The notes under the pieces: model-generated | The model's database searches: none | What the model was told of the DNA's origin: nothing | Seen by the model: the letters and a program-made list of their open reading frames with translations, nothing else | Assembly: GCA_049513715.1 (NCBI GenBank) | Contig: JBEKVV010000002.1 | Coordinates: 224,001 to 288,000, forward strand | Origin: Candidatus Bathyarchaeia archaeon | GTDB taxonomy: Archaea; Thermoproteota; Bathyarchaeia; 40CM-2-53-6 | DNA length: 64,000 nucleotides | Direction: 5' to 3' | Position numbers and translations under genes: made by a program | Shown here: positions 58,594-64,000 of the stretch, in pieces | How the letters are laid out: each line of letters starts with the position of its first letter | How positions within the stretch are numbered: position 1 is the stretch's first letter

Positions 58594-60225
58594 CTATACC
58601 CGAATGTATTCCAAGAGAATTCCGGCTTGGCGTTCTGCGAGCTTCAAAGCCAGCACGAAAACCACGACACCAATCACGAGAGAAACAATCGTCATTTCGA
58701 TAATCAAATCATGGAAGATGAGTAAATTCAGGAATATCGGGACCGCGGTGATCAGCGCGACGGCCACACACGTCACCATGCCGAACATTGAACCCCAGAC
58801 GCTAACAAATCTAGCTCGGACGCTTTCACGAAAGTCAGGGAACTTGAACCCAAAATACAGCCCTAGAGCAGCCTCCTCGAACGCTACAATGGCTCCAAGC
58901 ACCACGAGGACCACGAACATTGGCAGTGGAACCTTCAAGATGAAGTTCAGAATTCCAATCAGAACGGTGCTGAAAACCACACCCAAGCTAATGGGCATGA
59001 TTAGCTTGGCCTTCATAAGCTGACGGGGCAAAATGGGGATTGCATAAAGGTTCCATACAGCCGAGCCTTCTTGGCCGATGCTGGTCATTGCCATCAAACC
59101 GCAGAAGATAGCTATCGGCATCAAGTAAAGCGGCATAAACGCAACGAAATCTGGTCCTCCTGCCATTGATGTGCCACCGATGCTGAAGAGGGGAAGGCTC
59201 ATCGAAATCGCCAAAACGAACGGTATGGCCAGAAACCTAGCCATCTCACGCCTGCGAACGAGGGAGCGCAGGTCTTTTCGGAAAATCGCTGACTCAACCG
59301 CACCGAAACCTGGAAGTCTGGATTCTACTTTGCCGGGAACGTAGGGTCGGCTTGTCAGTTTAATCGAAACTGGAACAGGAACCCAAAAGCGAGTTCGAAA
59401 TTCTACGGCCAAGCCGAACAATGCGAAAAAGAATCCTAGGGATAGCGAGGCAAAGGATAAGGAGGAAAACGCGTTGCCCTGTGAAGTGCTGACAACCGCT
59501 ACGGAAGGCCAAATCACCGGCACAAACCAAGCCACAGTCACCGTGCGGACTATGCTTTGAAGGACGTAGGCCGCAATCTGGCCGCTGAACATGAGTTGAA
59601 CAAAGGCCAAAACAAAAATCGTCATGGCAAGACGAAACGCGATTCCTGACCGGCCGCTTTTCTTGTAGAAACTGGAGGATATCCGGTTCGTCAGCGTGTC
59701 CAAGAACTCGACTACACAAGACCCGATGAAGAGCGAAGTGACCGCCATTAGCGCTGTCGCGACCCAAACGCCGCTCATTCCAAAATACAAGGCGGGTCCT
59801 AGTAGTACGCCCAGAAACAAGCTAAGCATTAATGAGTAGATGTAGGATTCAGAAACGATTGAACCTGCCACATATTCTGAGGGCGAAATCGGCAACCAAT
59901 TCACCAAATCAGTGCTCAGTGATTGGACTGGCTGGCTTATCTCGTACAAGACGCCGAAGACGATTACGGCAAACGCAATTGCTGTCGGCACTCCTACCAA
60001 CGCATTCAATATCGTTGAGTTTATCATCGCACGAAAGTCAGCAAGGTACCCCAAAGAGAGAAAACGATTTCCAAGCAGGCCAAATCCCAGAACAATGGCA
60101 ACGTCTGCAATCAGTATGATGCGTGGGTCGTCGAACAGACGTCGCATGAACTTGGGTCTCTGGGAACCACGCATTTGCGATTTCGTGAGAACAATCGCAA
60201 GCCTGTAAACGGACCTGAGCTTCAT
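58594..60225 (-). CDS. ABC exporter permease
   Basis: About 14 TM in two halves; LPISP, KDLRSL.R, IGQEG; coupled to the ABC ATPase. Confidence 0.8.
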   Translation of the reverse strand: MKLRSVYRLAIVLTKSQMRGSQRPKFMRRLFDDPRIILIADVAIVLGFGLLGNRFLSLGYLADFRAMINSTILNALVGVPTAIAFAVIVFGVLYEISQPVQSLSTDLVNWLPISPSEYVAGSIVSESYIYSLMLSLFLGVLLGPALYFGMSGVWVATALMAVTSLFIGSCVVEFLDTLTNRISSSFYKKSGRSGIAFRLAMTIFVLAFVQLMFSGQIAAYVLQSIVRTVTVAWFVPVIWPSVAVVSTSQGNAFSSLSFASLSLGFFFALFGLAVEFRTRFWVPVPVSIKLTSRPYVPGKVESRLPGFGAVESAIFRKDLRSLVRRREMARFLAIPFVLAISMSLPLFSIGGTSMAGGPDFVAFMPLYLMPIAIFCGLMAMTSIGQEGSAVWNLYAIPILPRQLMKAKLIMPISLGVVFSTVLIGILNFILKVPLPMFVVLVVLGAIVAFEEAALGLYFGFKFPDFRESVRARFVSVWGSMFGMVTCVAVALITAVPIFLNLLIFHDLIIEMTIVSLVIGVVVFVLALKLAERQAGILLEYIRV

Positions 60226-60998
60226 CGGCTCAGGGCCTCGACGATTTCATGTGTGTCGGCCGTTCCAGTCAACTTTAGGAACACCTCTTCCAATGTCGAC
60301 CCACGGGTGCCCGCTTTGGATCTCAAGTCTTGCGTCGTCCCTTCTGCGAGCACGTTTCCCTCGTACATGATCACGATTCTGTCACAGATCGCGTCCGCTA
60401 TTTCCAGAACGTGTGTGCTGAAAATCGTGGGGACGCCGTCGTCCCTCAGCTTGTGAATTAGGTCTTTGACTATCCGCGCTGACCTTGGGTCTAGTGCGTT
60501 TAGGGGCTCATCGAGTACGAGGATACGCGGGCGGTGCAACAACCCAGCAATTATGGCCAACTTCTGTTTCATCCCTTGAGAGTAACCATTGATCAGCTCG
60601 TTCTCACGTCCCTCAAGGTCCAATGCTTTCAAAAATTCGGGAATGCGTTCGCGCTTGGTACTGGAGTCTAGAGCGTGAACGTCGGCAATGAAATCCAAGT
60701 ATTCAATCCCAGTCAGAAACTCGTAGAGCCTAGGGCTTTCTGGGACAAAGCCCACCATCCTCTTGACCGAAACGGGGTCTGTTCCTACGTCGACCCCTAG
60801 GACCTGAATGTTACCCATGTCAGGTTTCAACACTCCCACAATCATTTTCATAAGTGTGGATTTTCCTGAGCCGTTAGGGCCAAGCAACCCAAGGACCTCG
60901 CCGCTACTAAGAGAGAAACTCACCCCATTGACAGCTCTCCTGTTTCCGAAATTCTTCACAACGCCGTTTACCTGGAGAGTCTGCAATGGGGGGTGCAC
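60222..60998 (-). CDS. ABC transporter ATP-binding protein
   Basis: GPNGSGKS, YSQGMKQK, VLDEP, STH. Confidence 0.95.
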   Translation of the reverse strand: MHPPLQTLQVNGVVKNFGNRRAVNGVSFSLSSGEVLGLLGPNGSGKSTLMKMIVGVLKPDMGNIQVLGVDVGTDPVSVKRMVGFVPESPRLYEFLTGIEYLDFIADVHALDSSTKRERIPEFLKALDLEGRENELINGYSQGMKQKLAIIAGLLHRPRILVLDEPLNALDPRSARIVKDLIHKLRDDGVPTIFSTHVLEIADAICDRIVIMYEGNVLAEGTTQDLRSKAGTRGSTLEEVFLKLTGTADTHEIVEALSR

Positions 60999-61073
60999 CT
61001 TGTTTGCTAGTTAGTTGCTAGGGAAACCGAAAGAGATTAGAAAAACCTCGCGGTCCACCCTCCTGAAGGAACA

Positions 61074-61244
61074 TTGAACACAACGGAGACTGAAAATGCC
61101 AAAGCCAAGCCGGTATGCAACATAGCGCTATGTGGTAAAGAAGCGGAGTGGGAGGTTGAGCTCTTCGGCAAAGTCGAGCATTACTGCCAAAGGCATCGAC
61201 CGGCAGTTCCCGAGAAGTTCTTCACCAAGCTTAACCACGCATAG
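61074..61244 (+). CDS. Small putative Zn-finger protein (56 aa, absent from ORF track)
   Basis: TTG start after GAAGGA; MNTTETENAKAKPVCNIALCGKEAEWEVELFGKVEHYCQRHRPAVPEKFFTKLNHA*. Confidence 0.6.
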   Translation: MNTTETENAKAKPVCNIALCGKEAEWEVELFGKVEHYCQRHRPAVPEKFFTKLNHA

Positions 61245-61268
61245 CCCGGATGACAGAGACTCGGTGAA

Positions 61269-62423
61269 TTACAGTTTCTCGAGTAGTGTGTCAATCTCCC
61301 GTTTTGTGTTATAGAAATGCGGTGAAATTCTGAGGGTATTAACCCTCGGGGCGACGACTACGTTCTGTTCCTGTAACTTCTTAGCCACTCGCCCTGCATT
61401 TTCCACTTCAACAGTTACAATGCCACTTCGCCGTTCCTTTTGCGTTGGCGACGTAACCCGTTTACCCAGTCTCTTCAACCCATCAATCAAATGCTCTGTT
61501 AATTGTTCGATGATGGGTTCTCGTTCTTCAGGCGGATACTTGAGGGTGAACTCTAATGCCGCCTTCGCTCCTGCGACTGCTATCACGGCCCAGGTTCCCC
61601 ATTCGAATCGGGTCGCGTCATTCGCAACTTTGACGTCGGTCAGGTCAAATGGACGGCCAAAGGTATCCTGGTTTGATAGGGCTCTGGAAATAACTGAATC
61701 AGAAATCCCGTGCCAACCAACAATCGCGGGTTGAAGCTCATTCAAGACTTCATGCTTCACGTAGAGGAAAGCTGTTCCATGCGGCCCCATTAGCCATTTG
61801 TATGTCCCGCAAGTCAGGACATCAACGTCGAGTTTGTGAACGTCAACCGGAATGACTCCCAGTGCGTGGAAGGCGTCAACCAACATTAGTGCCCCATGCG
61901 CATGCGCGATCTTGGTGATGTTCCGTATGTCTTCACGACAGCCATTGATCCACGAAACGTAGTCCAGAGAAACGGCTACCGTGTTGTCGTCAATCGCCTT
62001 CTCGAAGTCGGAAAGCGGAACTTCACCATCACTCGCCTTCAATACTCTTACATCTGAGATTTGACCTCTGCGTTTCAACGAATGCCACATGTATACATTC
62101 GTGGGAAAATTCAGCTCACTCACAACAACATTGTTCCTAGGCTTGAGGTCCAGTGCGGTCGCGATTGCAGCCAATCCTGACGTAACGTTTGGAACGTTTG
62201 CAACCTCTTCAACCTTGGCGCCTATCAATTGGGCAAACCGCTCTCTCGCCTTTACGATTTCAAGCAGCCACGCATCCCACTTCTCACCGTAATCCCTCCA
62301 TTCGTCTAGGAAAGATTGCATGGCCTTGTGGACGACGATCGGTGGGGGCCCTGCCCCCGCGTTGTCCAAGTAGACGTTCTTCGAGAGTAGGGGGATTTGG
62401 TCTCTAACCTCGTCGAGGTTCAA
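61269..62423 (-). CDS. Class V PLP-dependent aminotransferase (cysteine desulfurase/kynureninase-like)
   Basis: YLDNAG, NFPTN, VDAFH, YKWLMGP.G, RISPHFYN. Confidence 0.9.
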   Translation of the reverse strand: MNLDEVRDQIPLLSKNVYLDNAGAGPPPIVVHKAMQSFLDEWRDYGEKWDAWLLEIVKARERFAQLIGAKVEEVANVPNVTSGLAAIATALDLKPRNNVVVSELNFPTNVYMWHSLKRRGQISDVRVLKASDGEVPLSDFEKAIDDNTVAVSLDYVSWINGCREDIRNITKIAHAHGALMLVDAFHALGVIPVDVHKLDVDVLTCGTYKWLMGPHGTAFLYVKHEVLNELQPAIVGWHGISDSVISRALSNQDTFGRPFDLTDVKVANDATRFEWGTWAVIAVAGAKAALEFTLKYPPEEREPIIEQLTEHLIDGLKRLGKRVTSPTQKERRSGIVTVEVENAGRVAKKLQEQNVVVAPRVNTLRISPHFYNTKREIDTLLEKL

Positions 62424-62521
62424 GTCTTACCCCGCCCTTGCTTGCGGGATAAGGTCCGTTATAGAGCTTACACCGGGCAGATTGCAAGGTGAGATTGGAA
62501 GAGAAAAAGTGGGGTTTGGGT

Positions 62522-63784
62522 CTACTGTGATGGAGGCGCGTTTGTGTCTTCGGTTGGTGGATTAGGCTTCTTTTTCGTTGGAATCACTCTTTTCTTCGTC
62601 GGTGCTGGTTGGTTTTGGGTTGCTGCTGGTGCGGGCGTGCTTTGTGGGATGGGCTTGAGGGTTGCTTGATTGTTGCGGTTCCTGCTGTTAAGTGCCACGT
62701 ATGCTATGATGCCGGCAGCAATCAGTACCGCTGCGATTATTCCTAAGGCAATCGTCCAGTCCCGAACGGTTGTGTCTGACCGCCACGAAGCGATGACGGT
62801 TTTCGGTTTGTCCATGGGTACGCTTGCAGATTGGCTGTTGGATTGAAGGTCGCCTTGCCATCCATTGAAGAGTATGCTGACTCCGTAGGTTGTGCTAACC
62901 GGGCTTGAAACGTAAATCTGGGCTGTTGTGCCCGCATCGTACCAACCTTCCCCGAACGGCGAGCCCTGATCTGTCATGACCTTCAAGTAGTATTGCTGCT
63001 TGTACTCCGCGGTTACCGCGTGCGGTGTGTCCATTTTGAGCATAAGGGAAGCGTCGGGCTGAGTTGTCTGGCCGTCCACGCTCCATCCTTGTAAGACGAG
63101 TCGGCTCCTATCGTTACCGCTCCCTATCATCTGACCTCCGGATGTTACCGTAACCGTGTCGCCCGCGTTATACCAGCCTGTACCCTGCGGGAGCGGAGCA
63201 CTTTGGGGTTGCACACCCACATCTAGTTTGAACTGTTGTTGGTATGCGGCGGTGATCTTCTTCGCGCCGTTCATCGTTATGGTGCCGCTGTCTCCTACGC
63301 CGGAAAAGTCGCCGGTCCAGTGTGAGAACACGTAGCGAACGTTCGAGGAGACTTGGATTGTGTCTCGCGTAACCGAGAATGGGGCTGACGTGCCCTGAGT
63401 GTATGTTCCTCCTCCACTGACTGTTCCAAGGCTTGCTGGGTCAGTGGTGACTGTCAGTTGATAGTTGGAGGGTGTTGAGTAGTAATTGGTATTGTAGTTG
63501 TAATTGTACGGGTATCCGTAGTAATTTGAGTTGTAGTAGGGATAGTAGTACCCGGAGGAGTAGCCGTAATATCCATAATTGCAGTAGTAAGGCCCGTAGT
63601 AGTCGTAATAGTAGTAAGGGTAGCCGTACCAGTAGTATGAGGAGTCGTAGTAGGCCATTGAGCATCCATACTGGGGAGAGGACGTTGTCGCGGCTGCCTG
63701 AGCAGGTTGCATTGAGAAGAAAACGAAACCGGCGCTTAGAGCAAGTACTATTATCGCTAACTTAGGAAGGTAATTTGTATTCAA
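62522..63784 (-). CDS. Secreted, membrane-anchored protein with very Tyr-rich N-terminal tract and three B-repeat-like units
   Basis: Signal peptide after TTG 63784; YYDSSYYWYGYPYYYYDYYGPYY...; repeats YQLTV/QFKLDV/QYYLKV..G.GWY.AG; C-terminal TM. Confidence 0.8.
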   Translation of the reverse strand: MNTNYLPKLAIIVLALSAGFVFFSMQPAQAAATTSSPQYGCSMAYYDSSYYWYGYPYYYYDYYGPYYCNYGYYGYSSGYYYPYYNSNYYGYPYNYNYNTNYYSTPSNYQLTVTTDPASLGTVSGGGTYTQGTSAPFSVTRDTIQVSSNVRYVFSHWTGDFSGVGDSGTITMNGAKKITAAYQQQFKLDVGVQPQSAPLPQGTGWYNAGDTVTVTSGGQMIGSGNDRSRLVLQGWSVDGQTTQPDASLMLKMDTPHAVTAEYKQQYYLKVMTDQGSPFGEGWYDAGTTAQIYVSSPVSTTYGVSILFNGWQGDLQSNSQSASVPMDKPKTVIASWRSDTTVRDWTIALGIIAAVLIAAGIIAYVALNSRNRNNQATLKPIPQSTPAPAATQNQPAPTKKRVIPTKKKPNPPTEDTNAPPSQ

Positions 63785-63920
63785 GCGTATCTGGTATCTA
63801 TGGGAATTTCTCCATATTTTTGGCTTTCTGCCAGCCAACGCGCAAATTGTTTGTGTTCGACGCGTGTCTCGATTCCCTTTAAGTAGGCCTTGGTCCCACA
63901 CCTAGAAGCCGTGGGTTTGT

Positions 63921-64000
63921 ATGGTAGTGAAAGCCTACGTTCTCGTTCAAGCGCAGCTGGGCAAGTCCCGGTCAGTTGCCAAAACAATAGCGAAAGCTCG
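63921..64000 (+). CDS. Lrp/AsnC ligand-binding domain protein, 5' part
   Basis: MVVKAYVLVQAQLGKSRSVAKTIAK..., runs off window. Confidence 0.65.
   Translation, partial: MVVKAYVLVQAQLGKSRSVAKTIAKA

Noticed and set aside
58390..58725. 111-aa ORF as an intact gene
   Set aside because: It is a chimera of a pseudogene fragment and antisense read-through into the ABC permease.
266..63987. Numerous 60-210 aa ORFs overlapping well-supported genes
   Set aside because: Antisense or out-of-frame shadows with no motifs, as expected at this GC content.

Overview
Archaeal chromosomal segment. Thermosome, archaemetzincin, a PAC2 chaperone, form III RuBisCO, BHB-type tRNA introns and GrpE/DnaK/DnaJ point to a TACK lineage, probably Bathyarchaeia-like; this assignment is inference. 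The window holds about 55 CDSs, three tRNA genes, several decayed genes, and no rRNA or CRISPR. The most striking signal is in the tRNAs, which together carry 8 hand-parsed introns. tRNA-Glu(CTC) has four (10/11, D-loop, 37/38, 59/60). Its 5' leader is perfectly complementary to the 3' acceptor strand and could provide the alternative fold needed to splice the 10/11 intron. Other highlights are: a prs-R15P isomerase-RuBisCO III-HAD operon beside a ribokinase and a nucleoside hydrolase deletion scar, with no AMP phosphorylase in the window; a split FluG/GlnA3-like gamma-glutamylation cluster; a presenilin gene directly upstream of a single-pass Zn-ribbon receptor-like gene; a 1.9-kb islet at the tRNA-Val 3' end carrying a receptor-like inactive KaiC/RAD55 protein; and three Tyr-rich surface proteins. 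All calls come from motif recognition by eye; no searches were run.
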